Positions 1 through 13,745 of a DNA stretch of 64,000 nt are shown here, in pieces. The notes under the pieces were generated by a model. The model did not search any database and was not told the origin of the DNA. It saw only the letters and a program-made list of their open reading frames with translations. Position 1 is the first letter of the stretch, and every line of letters starts with the position of its first letter. A program made the translations under genes and the position numbers. Origin of the DNA: Okamejei kenojei (lineage: Eukaryota); contig CM069140.1 in assembly GCA_035221665.1 (NCBI GenBank), positions 19,282,001-19,346,000 of the forward strand, given 5' to 3'.

Positions 1-139
1 ATGGGTTGATGTGTCTGGATAGAGGTGTCAGCGGAGTGCCTGGGGCTCGCTTAGATCAGGCACTGCTGTAAGGGGCTGAGTCTGCAAAGACAACGACAAC
101 ATCGTCTGGCCAGTCCAATCCCTGCAACTCCAACCCAGT

Positions 140-392
140 GCTGCCCCACCCTAGTCGCACTAGCTTCTAATTTTCACACTACAAACAGCTTACAATGGCT
201 TGTTCCCTTCATCATCGATACTTTTTTGCATATCTTTCATTCATCGTTCTTTATCTCTCCACATTACCGTCCATATCTCTCGTTTCCCTGAACCCTGACC
301 AGTCTGAAGAAGGGTCTCGACCCGAAACGTCGCCTATCTCCTTCGCTCCTTAGATGCTGCTGCACCCTCTGAGTTTCTCCAGCCTTTTGTGC
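140..392 (+). mobile_element. Penelope-like element 3'/pLTR fragment with hammerhead core
   Basis: Inverted homology to 13010-13290; core CTGAAGA-A-GGGTC-TC-GACCC-GAAACGTC. Confidence 0.75.
301..335 (+). ncRNA. Minimal type-I hammerhead ribozyme motif
   Basis: CUGAAGA 304-310, stem II GGGUC/GACCC, GAAA, palindromic ACGU stem III, GUC cleavage triplet 329-331. Confidence 0.65.
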
Positions 393-1077
393 TGCCATCA
401 GGACAATGGGCCAAGTTAAAAGTCTACATTTTAATAACTGGACTTTAATCATACAAAATGGCACCAGCAACGTCATGACTCTTGTGTGCTGCCTTGGTCT
501 AATCTACTAATCCTACACTTTTCTAATCAAGTATGATTATGCCCACGCAGTAAGATTTTTACTGTACTGTCTGCAAAACGGAATTTCATCGAACTATTAT
601 CGGGTCACGCACATTCTAGTGGGAAAAAAGCGGATGCAACTTAAATTTTTTAAACCAAATATTTTTTTTGGATACACAGGGTGCTGGTTAATGGAGCCAG
701 AACATCATAGATAAATTAATACGTGTTATTTCACTTTTAACTTGTAATCAAAAGACTCTCTGTTAAAGGACCGTGAGCTCACCTCCTGCACCTGTGGAAA
801 AACACTTTGCAGTTTTGGAAGTGGGACATGTGAGTTAAGCACATGGGAGCGGAGGGGCGGCTGCGAGAGACAGTGAGATCGCAGTGTGTCCAGGTCGCGG
901 TGTTGCTGGAGGGGCCCGCTGGAGGCACAACAGCCGGGTGAGCAAGGAGGGCGAGTGTAGACGGCCGCGGCTGCTCAATATATTGTTGAAAGGAAGCAAC
1001 CGCATAGTGACAGGTCAGGGAAACCCCTACTTCGTCAATATCTTCACACTCACCCAGTACTGCCTGGACACTAGCCT

Positions 1078-1154
1078 TTAACCTGTTCAGTGCCACCCCT
1101 GAGTATACTCGGGTCATGGCCAATGGTAAAAAAACTTGGCAGTGAACAGGTTAA
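1078..1154. mobile_element. 69-bp TTAA-flanked mini inverted-repeat element (piggyBac-like MITE)
   Basis: TTAA|CCTGTTCAGTGCCA...TGGCAGTGAACAGG|TTAA, 14-bp TIR with 1 mismatch. Confidence 0.6.
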
Positions 1155-2559
1155 AGTGAGAAAATTAGAAATTGCGTATCTCCCGAGGGCAAGATCCGAC
1201 TTTACAGAGACTTGAAAGCTGCTGGATGGGGCCAGGACGTGCCAAATCTGCATGTGTCCCAGATGTCGATCTTCTTGCATTCATTTCACTATTTTACTTG
1301 TGCATGATTGAATTCATGCATAGTATTATTTGGATAGCACACAGAACGAGCTTTACACTGTATGTCAGTACACATTACAATAATAATGCAAACTAAACAT
1401 AGTTGATGTTTAGAAGTAGGCGTGGAAGGACAAAGAGTTTTACATTTTATCAGAATGTCTATAGCATTCAATTGAGATCGGAATAAAGCAGGAGCAATTT
1501 AGTTGGCCTGCTTTCTGAAAATGCCTAATAGCCTATTTCATTACAGTTAATCCCAAAGCAGGTATGCAGGAACTGGACTGTAATGATACCTCCTTGAAGG
1601 TACAGCTTCAGCTTAACTACTTTTCTCCACTGATTACAGTTGTTTTCAATTAAGAGGTTTAATTAAGATCATTTTCTCCCGAGAGGATGATAATCATCCA
1701 GGGTTTTCTCTCCTGATTTTCCATATTGGGAAAACACTACATTAGTTATGATTTATCTCCACTGTTGAACAGCTAATTGGCAGACTTGTTGTCGGTAATA
1801 TCGCAGCTCTCTGCCTGAGTGGGGCTTGGGAGGCACACCCCAGTCCTGATCAATTATGGGAAGGTACGTCAGCCAAACGACAAGCAAAACATTGGGTAAT
1901 TTGCACAGCCTGCCAGCACAATGGTTACTTTTATTGATTAAATATTTCTTTTCATTATCTGATTATTTTGAAATTTCCACTTTTTAAACTGATTTTGAAC
2001 TGCAATAACTTAGACTGGAGAGTACGTTTTTTGAGTCTGGCATAACCACCAGCGTTCCATATCCAAACTATTGATCTTTGTATTTCAAATATGACCTTGC
2101 ACCAGAATCACCTTGACCATTGAAAGTGTTTCATTTCAATGGTGCCTGATAGACATATTGACAGTCATTTACAGAAGTAAATCATATGTCAATTATTGAA
2201 GACTATTCAAATACAAACAAAGTTTTGAAACAGTTTATGCAAGGGTTAAGTAGGCAAATGTACTTTTCATTTGGCTTCCTTTACAGAACTTCTGTTTAAA
2301 ACAAAACTGGACTTGTGCTTCACTTAAGGAGTGTAGCCATCAAGTAACCATCTTTTCTTGAATATCTATAAGCATCCCTGCCTTTAGAAACATCTTGCCT
2401 TCCCCATTTGTATGCTTTGGCTAAAAACTGTGACAAACTGCTCTACAGATTGTGGTAGGGTGGGGGAATATTGGAGTCTTTGTGGTTAGTCATTTTCCAT
2501 ATGAGATGGCAGTATTTCAGTTAAGCAACACTGAACCGATTCTTAATTGAAAGTCATTA

Positions 2560-2853
2560 GCATGTAGAATACAGCATGGAAACAGGCCCTTCGGGCCACC
2601 GGGTCCGTGCAGACCAGCGATCCCCACACATTAACACCCTCTAGGGACAATTTTTACATTTACCAAGCCAATTAACCTACAAACCTGTACGTCTTTGGAA
2701 TGTGGGAGGAATCCGAAGATCTCAGAGATAGCCCACGCAGATCACAAGGAGAACGTGCAAACTCCGTACAGATAGCACCCGCAATCGGGATCGAACCCGG
2801 GTCTCTGGCGCTGCATTCGCTGTAAGGCAGCAACTCTACCGCTGCGCCACCAT
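2560..2853 (-). mobile_element. tRNA-derived V-SINE (HE1-like)
   Basis: Minus-strand A box GTGGCGCAGCGG, B box GGTTCGATCC, V-domain-like core ending TTCCTCCCACATTCCAAAGAC, CR1-like tail. Confidence 0.85.
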
Positions 2854-5800
2854 GACTGTAGTTGTCTGTTGCCACAGTAGTCATGAGTAGATTCCATCAG
2901 AGAGTAATTTTCCAGTGATGTATTTTAGTGACATCTAGCACCAGGGCCTGTTCGGTGACTTTTCTTTTTGTGCTGGGGCAAATGCAAAGCAGCCATGAAA
3001 TATATTAATCTGACCTAAATAATTAATGCAAAGGCAAAGAATGGACACTACTTCAAATGTCCTATCATTTAAAAAAAACATGATATCCCCATTCAAGTGC
3101 CATTAATGCAATAAATCCTTACTGATGCTTTATCAAACCAAATTTGACGATCAGCTACTCGGGGAATGATGAGACCAGATAACCAAATGCTTGGTGAGAG
3201 GCACCCTAGCTGAAGAGAGAGGTGGCAAGGCATAAGAATTTAGGTGTGGAATGCCAGAGCTTGGTAGCTGAAGGCTAGGCTGGGAGACGGGGGAGGCTTG
3301 GAGGAGCACATATTTTGGGAGGATTGTTGGGTTGTAGGAGGGGACAAACATGGGGAGAGCAATGTATTTTTCTCACTGGTCTTACCAGTGACATTCAAAT
3401 ACAAATAATTATTTTCTTTTGGTTATATTTTAGATTGACACTTTGAACACAGTTCTGTTTTTTTGCCTTCTGGCTCAAAGCAACTTTAATAAAAACCTCC
3501 ACAAATTGCAGGATTTGGGAATTACGTGAATATTGGAAATGCTATGCAATCCAGCTGTACGAGGACCGATGATCCATGAGCACCACGTTATTGCTGGGAG
3601 CAAAGAAATCTAGGCTGAACTTTTCCTGAAATAATGAGATTTTCAGCTATTCTTTATTTCTTGATAAGATTCAAGTTAGTTTGTCAAACTATCAAAGACA
3701 GCACGTGAAGACATCCAGCCTGCGGTGAGTCACCAGTGCCTGGGATCACTACAGAGAAATAAATTCTCATCCATTTTAAGAGCTTTTCAATTTTTAATAC
3801 CTATTTCATGGATCCTATACCTACATTCTCTTTTTTTTCTTGAAGCCAATAGTGGCATTTCTCTATCATTTCTCCTTAGTATTTGGGAACTGGGCAATTC
3901 AGACCTTGGGTTTCCTTCCACCATCATTAATTATTGTATTTTCAGCTCTGGGTCCACAACATTCCCTCCCTAAACTGCTCTGCCTCCCTCTACTTCGAAC
4001 ACCTGACCCTACAACTAATCTTCTGGCCCAACTCCTGTGATGTGCCCTGGAATATTTTCCGGCACACTCTGCTGTGGTGAGGTATTCTTTCTTCTTGCGA
4101 CTGAGCAAAAATACTTCTCAGTTGAAGATTCTCCGTCCATGGTGCTTTTGTTGACAGCTGATCAAAACAATCCTTTGCTATTTACCTTATGATAGCCTTT
4201 AGTAGATTTTGAAAATACCTATTCAAATTCTCTCTTCTTTCACTGACCTGGTGTATGTAAATACAGCTCTGTGCATATCATTCACACATTAATGTACTTT
4301 AAGATTGTCCATCTTTAAAAAAAATAAACAACTCCAAGTCTCCAACTTGCTGCAGATCATTGCATCGTTTTGAATGAGGGGATATTGTTCATCAAGTTGT
4401 AGTTCCTAGCCATGAAGGTAGTGATCACTGTATATGATGCTCAGGACCAGGAGTGCTATGATGTTTATATTCTTGGTTATAGATAAACCAGCTTTCACAC
4501 ATTCACATCCCAACACCAGGAACTATCAAAATAAAATTGATGGTAAACTCATAACAGAAAAATAAAATGGCCATGAAAATTGCTTAAGCCAATATTTGTT
4601 TGAACCAGTTAACTTATTTTCCTTCCTCGCTCTGCAACCATTTACGAAGGAGCAAACCAAAGTCATGTTTGTTAATGCTCTGAAGTTATTTCAAATGCAC
4701 TTCTATGATGTCTTATTGTGAGGATGTTCATGAAGTTTGTTTTGATGCATATTCTTTGGGGTGGGGGATAGGGGAGATAACTCTCAGAGCTTTTCCAGTT
4801 GCATGCAAGCCTAAAATCTAACATTAAGCAAAATTGCATTTTCTTTTGAAGCTGTATTGGTTGTTATTTTTATTATGGAAAAAAATAGGGCAAGACTGGA
4901 AAATAGGATGAAAATGAACCAACTAGAACCAAAGGGTGAGAGGGTGCATTGGTGATAATGGAATGAGAGCTTTACATTTTACACTATTCCATTCCGATCA
5001 AGAAAGCCTCCTGCAGCACAAAAGTGCATCAACACAGACCTTCCTATTGTGGGACAACATCAAATTGCAGCTGGTTTGACACTGAGTTTAGAAACGTGGA
5101 ACACTAAGGCACAGGAAGAGATAAACCAGCTTTACTCACTGAGTAGCACAGTTTTATGGGATGAAATGGCTAGCATTTGTGGTTTTGCATGTAATCCAGT
5201 TCATTCTCTCCAACTCAGCCACTTATATAGGGGACATATTAGAAGATCTTAAGCACATAGAAGAGTATTCTGTCTTCAAGCAAATAAAGGAAGTTGAGCA
5301 GGAGGTTGGGAACTTAAATAAACAACAAAACTAAATGTTGTTGTATCTTTTTATTTGTAAGCACTTTGTTTCGAAACATTTGTATTGCAATTGAGCAGAA
5401 ATTATGGTCATAAGCCTTCAACCTGTATCAGGTTAGTACTTTTTTTTCCAACCAATTATCACAATCGGCAGGTTTTACAAAATGACCATGGATAAACATT
5501 GCCATAAGTTGTCTTATTCTTTACTCTCTACAGCTGCTTCAGTTCTTCCTTCAGTATGTCCCTTCCCCCCTCTGCCATTGTATTCACTCACCTGTAATCT
5601 TTGACTGGACTGGTGCACCATCAGCAAAGATGCCAGAAACATTATTCTGCATGATTTATGACTTGCACCACTGGATCTATCATATTACAGGTTCAATTAA
5701 TAAGTTTGTCAGCAAATAAATCTCAATCTTGTTATATAGTGGTGAAAGGAAAACGATTTAATCTATTTTTATTGCTGGTTTCTTTTTACATTTTTACTTC

Positions 5801-6792
5801 TTGTGAATTTCATTTGAGCCATTCTTGAAATGAATGGATTTAAAAAAATTGAAACAATACTAACTATTCCTTTTCTCCAGAAACTGACATACTGATTTTT
5901 TTGTGTCTATCTATACTAACTATGCACTTGGCCTCCCACTTCATTTTCCTATGGTACTTGCAACTAGCAGTGACTGGCTATGAAATGTTGTGTATTATTG
6001 AGCAATGCAGATACAGCTGTTTGAAAATGCCCAACCCTATTGCTACCATTTTGCCAAACTTATTGCAGTAGGGGGTTTGCTGGGCTGTATTGGTGCCCAT
6101 TGTGTGAAGTTTAAACATTGGGACAACTCTTCCTGGACGCATTAAGTATTGCACCTGTTTTTAACAGCAGGATCATCTTGCACTTGCAGTTTCTGCCGAC
6201 AGAGAAGATCGCATAATGTAACAATGTGTTGCTGAACATGGTGATGGCTTTTTGGTATCTTTGGTATTTTGTGATAACAAAGGTGGCTGAACTCCACCCA
6301 ATTTCAATAATATCCAATGATATTGCATTTATCACTTCTGACAAAACATTTTATATTTCAATCTCACTTTACATAGATTAAATTTGTGGCGTTGAGGCGA
6401 TGGCCACTGTCAGATATATATGGTTGTAAAGAGCTGGACTGGTGCATAGAAACGTATATAATGAGAAAGTTCCATAAATTATATAATCCTGCCTAATATT
6501 TTCATTCTCTACAAAATTCCATGTTTGCAGATCAATGGAATTGCAACATGCAGTAACAGTGAAACATGGAAAGTATTGACTGTACTGTTTACAATGGTCA
6601 GGGGTTTCACCAGGAAGTCAGGAAAATGGAAGGCAGTTTTCTCCTTGAATTCTTAAAGGATATTTCTTCTGTTGCTTGAGTCAGATTTGTCTCTTTGAGC
6701 TAGAGGGCAGCAGTTACTGTTCAATGAGGGATGGTTTCTTCTAGAGGGAGTGTCATGGTCTCTAGGAAAACATGTTCTTTAAATGTTATGCT

Positions 6793-7040
6793 TCAGGGTA
6801 GAAAGAAATTGACCCGCTGAGAGACAGATTTACAGCCTTGGGCTGAGAATAGGTATTCCTCCTTTGGAATGTACAGCATTCCCTTTGCCACTTCATCCAG
6901 GATGTCTATATTGTATTTGATTCCTCTGGAATGTAGAGCATCTCGCACACATAACTTCACATGCTTGTACTCCAGAGGTAGGAAAGGGATGAAGAAGTCA
7001 ATGAGGTTCTCAGCCACAAGTCCACTCTGTGCAAAGCCAC
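6793..7040 (-). CDS. TOR3A: Torsin-3A last coding exon (sensor II GCK motif, stop)
   Basis: GFAQSGLVAENLIDFFIPFLPLEYKHVKLC...FSAQGCKSVSQRVNFFLP*; resembles the TOR3A C-terminus; spliced CDS totals 1104 nt. Confidence 0.96.
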
Positions 7041-8171
7041 CTAGAAACAGGCAAGAGTTATGACTGCTTCAATTTCATCATTAAGAAACTAATAATATTT
7101 GAATGCTAGAGTTACTGAGCTTCTAGTTACAGTATGGAATGGAGTATTTTAAAAAATAGATCCTTACAGTAATGTTCCAACATAATGTAAATGATTGGCT
7201 TGAAGGGCCGAATGGCCTACTCCTGCACCTATTGTCTATTGACCACACTTCTGATGTTGACCTCCCCTGATATTGAGAATATGCATAAAAGTCACCAGAT
7301 TAGCTTTGTTTGTACATGTTGCTATGAACATAATTAATTGGTAGCCTTACTGTTGAGGATTTACAGTCTGTAAATGTTTCTTCCATCAGGTTAATGTTAG
7401 AGGCCTTAAATAAACCATCTCTTTTATAGACTGATACACCCTTACAAGCCATTCTATTTCTCTTCCAGATTCCCTACTTTCTTGTTCTGTTGAAGGTTGT
7501 ATCACACACATGATGCCTTTGATTGTTTCATTCCAATCCAGTGTGGTCACTGCTGCCCATTCCACAGAGCTTCTTAACTATCCTAATTTTTTATTGTTTT
7601 ATTTAACTTCTTCCTACGTGGGTTATATTGTATTCCTTCATTAGTAGGGCACGGAATATAAGAGCAAGGGCACTGATGTACAACTTGAAAATGTTAAGGA
7701 AGGAACTATAGGTGCTGGTTTACACTGGAGGTAGACACAAAATGCTGCAGTAACTCAGCAGGACAGGCAGCATCTGTGGAGATGGGTGATGTTTCAGGTC
7801 AAGGCCCTTCTTCAGCCAAGGCCCTACGAAATTGTGTGTGTAGGTCTGGTCCACAGGAAGGGTGTGGTTGCACTAGAGAGGAGGTTTACCAGGATGGTGC
7901 CTGGATGGAACTTCTCAGCCACGAGAAGAGACTGGATAGGCTTGGTTTGCTTTCCCTGGAGCTAGGAAGGGCTGGAGAAATCTGATCGAGGTGCACAAAA
8001 CTACAAGGACCATCGGATAGTGTAGGCAGATATTCTCGCAGCATTTGTGATATTAGCCAGGTTTTTGAAACACCAAAGGTATGGGTCACATGCTAGAAAA
8101 TGTGATTAATATAAACTGGTACTTGTTGGTCAGCAGACAGTGGGCCACTGTGTAGCTCTAATTGAATTTAC

Positions 8172-8296
8172 CTTTTGATGTGCTGACTTCCCTTCGGATT
8201 CGATGTTCCAAGTCTTCCATGGTGATCTCCTCTCGGTCTCGTCCTGCTTGCCAATTTTCAAGCACCACCCTGTTTATGGAACTTCCTCCAATATTA
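8172..8296 (-). CDS. TOR3A: Torsin-3A coding exon 5 (sensor I)
   Basis: (S)NIGGSSINRVVLENWQAGRDREEITMEDLE; TAG / GTAAAT borders, 125 nt. Confidence 0.96.
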
Positions 8297-9529
8297 CTAG
8301 AGAGTGCAGGAATGTTTGAAAGAAATTAGTATCTGATAACACCGAACAAAAAGCCAGTATTAGGATTACACCATGGTTGTACATTAATTCGGTAACAAGT
8401 TACTAAGCCCAATATGATTATGGCATTGAATCCATGAGTTTATAGAGGTTAGTTTCTCATTTTAATATTCTATTACAGCTGGCTAAATTTAATAGTCGAT
8501 AACTGGGAAAAAGGCAAAATAACGAACTGGCGTCAGCTGATACACAGCTGATATGGTTGAACCCTCGTCAGTAGCTACAAGGGCTGGCACGTGACGTCAC
8601 GGCCTAAGGGGAGTGTTCTGCTACTTAAGCTTATCTCGCCTCGAGACCTAGCAGTCAACAGGTAGCTGAGCCCCAAGAGAACAACCTCGCTCTGCTACAG
8701 CAGCAATGATAATTACGTTAGCGGACCAACTTAACATGTAACACCTGAATAAACTATTGTTTGAACCAGCCTGACGTCTGGCCTTATTCACCACGTTTGG
8801 TGCCGCTACAAAACCACTTATAAAGAGCAAGGTCAGCACTCTTCAAGTTCAGTTTCATAGCCGACATCCCTCTTATTGTTCACAAATCCATTGATCCTGA
8901 AAATGTAATGTGTACCCACAGCTCCATGATTGAGAGAACGCAAAGATTCACAATCCTTTGAGTAAAGAAATTTCTGCACCTCTGTGGCAACCATTTATGT
9001 TGAAACCTAGAACTCACTTTTACCAATGACACTCGTCTTCAAAGATCAAGGATTTATGGTAGTAATTTTTGCAGGAATTTTCAGATTATCAAGAACGATG
9101 CATCACTTCACACTGCTCTGTGTCCAAACTGCGTCAACAAGATGGAAACTGCGTGGTTAAATGGCCAAATGTTTTCACTTGTGTGTGACTACTATATTGA
9201 TTTGAACTCTGCAGATTTACAACTAAAACCCCAATAACTCATCATGAATTGTAACGGTTACGGTAAATTACAGTGCTGTACGTGCCCTCCTTGGATAGAA
9301 AATTAACTCAGACCTTGTGTTTCAAAATAAAAACTTTTTCATCTGACGAGGCTAAACTCAGTCACCTGCCAATCTGCATAGTTGCACAATACGATGTGTA
9401 GTTTTTCTTAACCTCCAGGAACATTTGAGGAACAAGTACAAAATGCAACAGTAATTAAGAACGTAGATATTGATCAAACTTCCCCTAATAATTCTGAACC
9501 TTCTGAATTTTGTACTCTGCATATCGCCA

Positions 9530-9741
9530 ACGGACAATTTTACATTTTTATCAAGCCAATTAACCTACGAACCTGTACGTCTTTGGAGTGTGGGAGGAAA
9601 CCGAAGATCTTGGTGAAAACCCACGCATATCACGGGGACAACGTACAAACTCCATACATACAGCACCCGTAGTCGGGATCGAACCCGTCTCTGGCGCTGC
9701 ATTTTGCTGTAAGGCAGCAACTCTACCGCTGCGCCACTGTG
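9530..9741 (-). mobile_element. V-SINE (HE1-like), 3'-truncated
   Basis: Close match to 2650-2850. Confidence 0.85.
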
Positions 9742-11948
9742 AATTGTTGGGAAACTCAAGCTTTGATAGCGTGGTCAATAGGAGGTGGTTTCACACTGTG
9801 AATATGTTCTCGGGAATTCTACTTGAAGCAGAGAGTAGGGCTTGGTCCTGGACTCTGACTCTGGTGTGCTGGGATCTGTGATTCTGCCTCCTTCCATGCT
9901 CCCTGCCTCCCGTTCCATACCATGACTTCTTGGACTAGCACAAACAAGTTGCGTCCTGGACCTTTGAGTTTTTCCAAGATTGTCTTCATTAATAAGTGGA
10001 GTGAATTCATTTCAGTTAATTGACTGACAAACAATGACAGAAGAGTGTAGAGGTAACAGGATAACAGCATTTGTCCCTTTTGCCAGACTTATGATGGATG
10101 ACTGGAAGAAACGCCAAAGACACTTGTCAGTATTCACAAGTGCGCTGTTCTCCACCATGTGTATACAAATGGTATCCAGTACTATTAGTACTGCAATGTC
10201 ACTCTGCCTCATTGTAATCAGTGTGAGGTCTGACCATCTCTGCACCATTTTTACCTATCCATCTAACCGTTCTTGGCTCAGCTTTAACTTGACAAATGCC
10301 TTACTTTTTGGCTTCTATCTGTAGCTTGTGCCTCACGAGCCATTTGTTCTCCCATTGTGCCGAACCCCGATGCTTTACTAATCCCTAATATTAGCTTTGC
10401 ACCCCCAATCAGTTGATGCATAATAACAATGTCTTCAGCCTCTACCTTTGTTCACATTTCCTTGATTAGCTTTTCTAAATATTTCCCAACTCCACCTGCT
10501 TACCTGCTTGTATCTCAATCCTTATCCTCATCTTTAGTGTGTTTATTTACCATTTCTACTATACTCCTGTTGTTTGAATTATTGGCTGTCCCTACAATCT
10601 TCCTCAACATTGTGCCCTGGTGCAAGGACTGAAATGATCCAAGTCAACCATAGTCTGCACATTCCTCCAAGGTTTTCTTTGGTTACAGCTGGATATTCAT
10701 TTCATTCCACTTGTCTACATTCCTAAATCTGCTTATCTTATCAGGTTCTTGGAATTTATTGCTTTGACTGCATTTTTGGATATACACTCTTTATCTCTCT
10801 GTCCAATGCTCGTTTCCCTCCCTGGACATTCCCTCCCATCACACACTGATATGAGTTAGCTAGTGCATCAATGTTTTGCTTCAGTCAAATACCTCACTCA
10901 CTCTCCCTACCAAGAGTCTTTGGGTCTGTTTTCCTGCACTTGATTATGGGAACTCCCTCAGCTGCTGCTGCTGGAGCTTTCTTTAATTAATTGGAGGAAT
11001 AAAAGTTAAATTTATAGTTGGCTGAGACCAAAAAAATAATTAAATGTGCATCCAGCTGAGTGCTTGCAAAGAGAATATGGTCTTAACCCAGGTTATCTAG
11101 GGAACATGTGATCAGTTGCAATATTATTGATCTGAGTAGTTCCACATGTACAGTTTTTTTTAAATAAGGTTGTGACATTGAAACTTCACTATTTGATCCT
11201 TGTGCAACATTTACCAATAGCGAGTTTGATTTGAGTTCGCTTCTTGCAGTTGTCAGGGTTGAGAGCTGTCCAGAAATATTGATTTTGTGCAATTCTGAGT
11301 TCATTTGGTTTGATTTTGTTTACTGTAAAAGTATAAAATGAAGATTGGGCTAGATTCACAGCATAATACTGCAGATGACCTTGTCATTCAGTTCTGGCAC
11401 CCACCGATCCATGTTAAATATCTTAATCCCAGACCTACTTTTATGAGCTTAGGAGCTACCTGAAATTACCATGGATCTAACTCAACTACACCCGAACATA
11501 GACTATCTTAACTGCAGTTCTGAAGCTGAAGTCACATAGAGACCACATACTACGTAACATACAGAATCTGGGAAAAATAGCTCTAATATAATAAAAATAA
11601 TCTTTAGCAGGAGGATGATTATTCTTGAAGCAGTACTTTGCTCACTTACTGCATATACAGATACACATACTTGGATATGCATGAGTAAGCAGATCCCTTA
11701 TGCTTGCAAATACACTCAAGGAAAGAAACTGAATATGCCACAGTTAGACCTAGAATCTAGGAAAGATCTCTCTTGGACATTGTTATTACAGCAAGGAAGG
11801 ATTGACTTTCACAGTCATGTTGCCTATTAAACTTACTATCATCTCGTTATTTTGCAAAACCTTTTCTCCAGTAGCTGGGACTAATAGTCCTGCCTATTTT
11901 GTAGCCTTCAGAATGAAACAGCTCCATGACTATTTAAATTGAGATTAC

Positions 11949-12124
11949 CTTAAGAAAAGAAACATTGACTTTCTGAAGTCCACTCCATTCACATGATCAT
12001 GGTGGTCAACGTAAGGCTTGATGGCATCAATAAGGCCGTCATGCAGCTTCTCTGCCTCATCGAAAATAAACAAGGATTGTTGGCATTGTTGCACAGCTGA
12101 CAGAATGAACTGCTGAAGCTGAGT
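11949..12124 (-). CDS. TOR3A: Torsin-3A coding exon 4 (Walker B)
   Basis: CQQSLFIFDEAEKLHDGLIDAIKPYVD...FRKSMFLFL; CAG / GTAAT borders, 176 nt. Confidence 0.97.
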
Positions 12125-12509
12125 CTGAAGAAAGAAGAAAAATAACCGTGAGGATTCTGCCTTTATATCAATTTGAGATCAGTTCTTCCCTCTATGCAAT
12201 GCTGTTTACTCTCTCCGTAGGCACCCTGACGTGGGGAGGAATTCAGGTGATCCAGTTATAATGCAATAGTTGCATTGCTGAGAAACCTTGCGTCACAAAA
12301 AAAAATAATCATGTCAACGGAGATAAGAGGTTGGTAGGGAGTTAGAGACTCGCAATTACAAAGTCATTTTTCCTGCAAGGTTTTCAAATACAAAGATCTT
12401 TTTAACGACTAGAAACTCATTTTTATTACTGCAAATTAAAAATACAAAAGGCTATGTTACATTGTATAACAGAGTATCAGTGCGCAAGTGTAAATAGATT
12501 AACTTATTT

Positions 12510-12790
12510 CTCCCCTTCCCCTCCATCTACATTCTTTCCTCCAGCTTCACAATTCGCAAATCTTCAATCCTTTGACCACATATTTTCTGTGTTTTTATCT
12601 CTGGCCTGTCTACCATCTGCCTACCAAACAACCCTTCCCCTAGCCAGGCTTGGACCTGCCCCTCGTCTCTCCTCCCTCCCCAAACCCCTCTCCTACGATC
12701 AGTCTGAAGATGGGTCTCGACTGGAAACCCACTTATTGATGTTCTCCAGAGAGGCTGCCTGACCAGCTGATTACTTCAGCGCTGTCTTTT
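12510..12790 (+). mobile_element. Penelope-like pLTR fragment, degenerate hammerhead
   Basis: AGTCTGAAGATGGGTCTCGACTGGAAACCC followed by the TCCAGAGAGGCTGCCTGACC tail. Confidence 0.65.
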
Positions 12791-12999
12791 TTTCCCCAAT
12801 AGATTGCTTGTCAGTTTCAATGGGCAGCTGCTGTGAAACTCCAAACTCGTGTTCTTCAGGGACAAAGGCATCAGATTATTGCAGGGAGGTGATTCATCAA
12901 TTGCGTTACATCCAAGTAACATCATGGGAAAACTTCATTATAGTAGAATGATCCACTCAGCCTGCTGAAGGAGGAGCACAATGACTTCACATCTATATA

Positions 13000-13380
13000 T
13001 AGGAAGGAACTGCAGATGCTGGTTTAAACTGAAAATAGACACAAAATTCCTGGAGTAACTCAGCAGGACAGGCAGCATCTCTGGAGAGAAGGAATGGGTG
13101 ACATTTTGGGTCAAGACCCTTCTTCAGACTAAAGTCTGGGGAAAGGGAAATTAGATATATAGACATAGAGAGATATATAACAAATGAATGAAATATATTC
13201 AAAAAAGTAACAATTATATAGGAAACAGGCCATTGTTAGCTGTTTGCTAGGTGAGAACGAGAAGCTGGTGCAACTTGGGTGGGGGAGGGATGGAGGGAGA
13301 GGGAATGCAGGGGTTACTTGAAGTTAGAGAAATCAATATTCATACCACTCGATTGTAAGTTGCCCTAGCGAAACATCAAT
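13000..13380 (-). mobile_element. Penelope-like element 3' end (ORF C-terminus + pLTR)
   Basis: Minus strand FR*GNLQSSGMNIDFSNFK*; hammerhead-like core at 13097-13130. Confidence 0.75.
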
Positions 13381-13479
13381 TCCATCTATTCCAGGCTGTG
13401 AGGGTGAGATTGAGCAGATAAACCACAGAATATGTCCGAGTGGACTGGATATCTAGTCAATCCCCTCTGCGTGACTTAC

Positions 13480-13745
13480 CTTGTAAACATCCACCAGGCT
13501 GGCGTGTGGAAAGTGGAAGGGAGCGATATAGAAATGCACACACTCGCTTCTTAGTCCATCTCGGTACAGATTGTCTGCTATCATTTTTGCCACAAAATTC
13601 TTGCCTGTACCAGACCAGCCATGAAAGGAAAGTGCCAATGCTTTCTCCGGGTTTTTGTTTGCTAGAAAACCTTTAACTGCTTTCACCACAACTGCCTTGG
13701 CCAAATGCTGTCCATGTAATTTTATCTGCAGATCGTAGCTAAGAC
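13480..13745 (-). CDS. TOR3A: Torsin-3A coding exon 3 (Walker A)
   Basis: LHGQHLAK...LALSFHGWSGTGKNFVAKMIA...HFPH; AG / GTAAGT borders, 266 nt. Confidence 0.97.

Noticed and set aside
770-1260. GC-rich ORFs (779..1123, 884..1081) as an exon of a neighbouring gene
   Set aside because: No recognisable protein motif or consistent splice/phase context; more likely repeat-derived.
3945-4076. Plus-strand AG...GT exon-like segment
   Set aside because: Resembles a degenerate L2/SINE 3' tail; a related inverted copy appears at about 3130-3300.
9790-10700. Purine-biased minus-strand ORFs
   Set aside because: Many stops and no motif; possibly an old LINE ORF1 remnant, but it cannot be supported.
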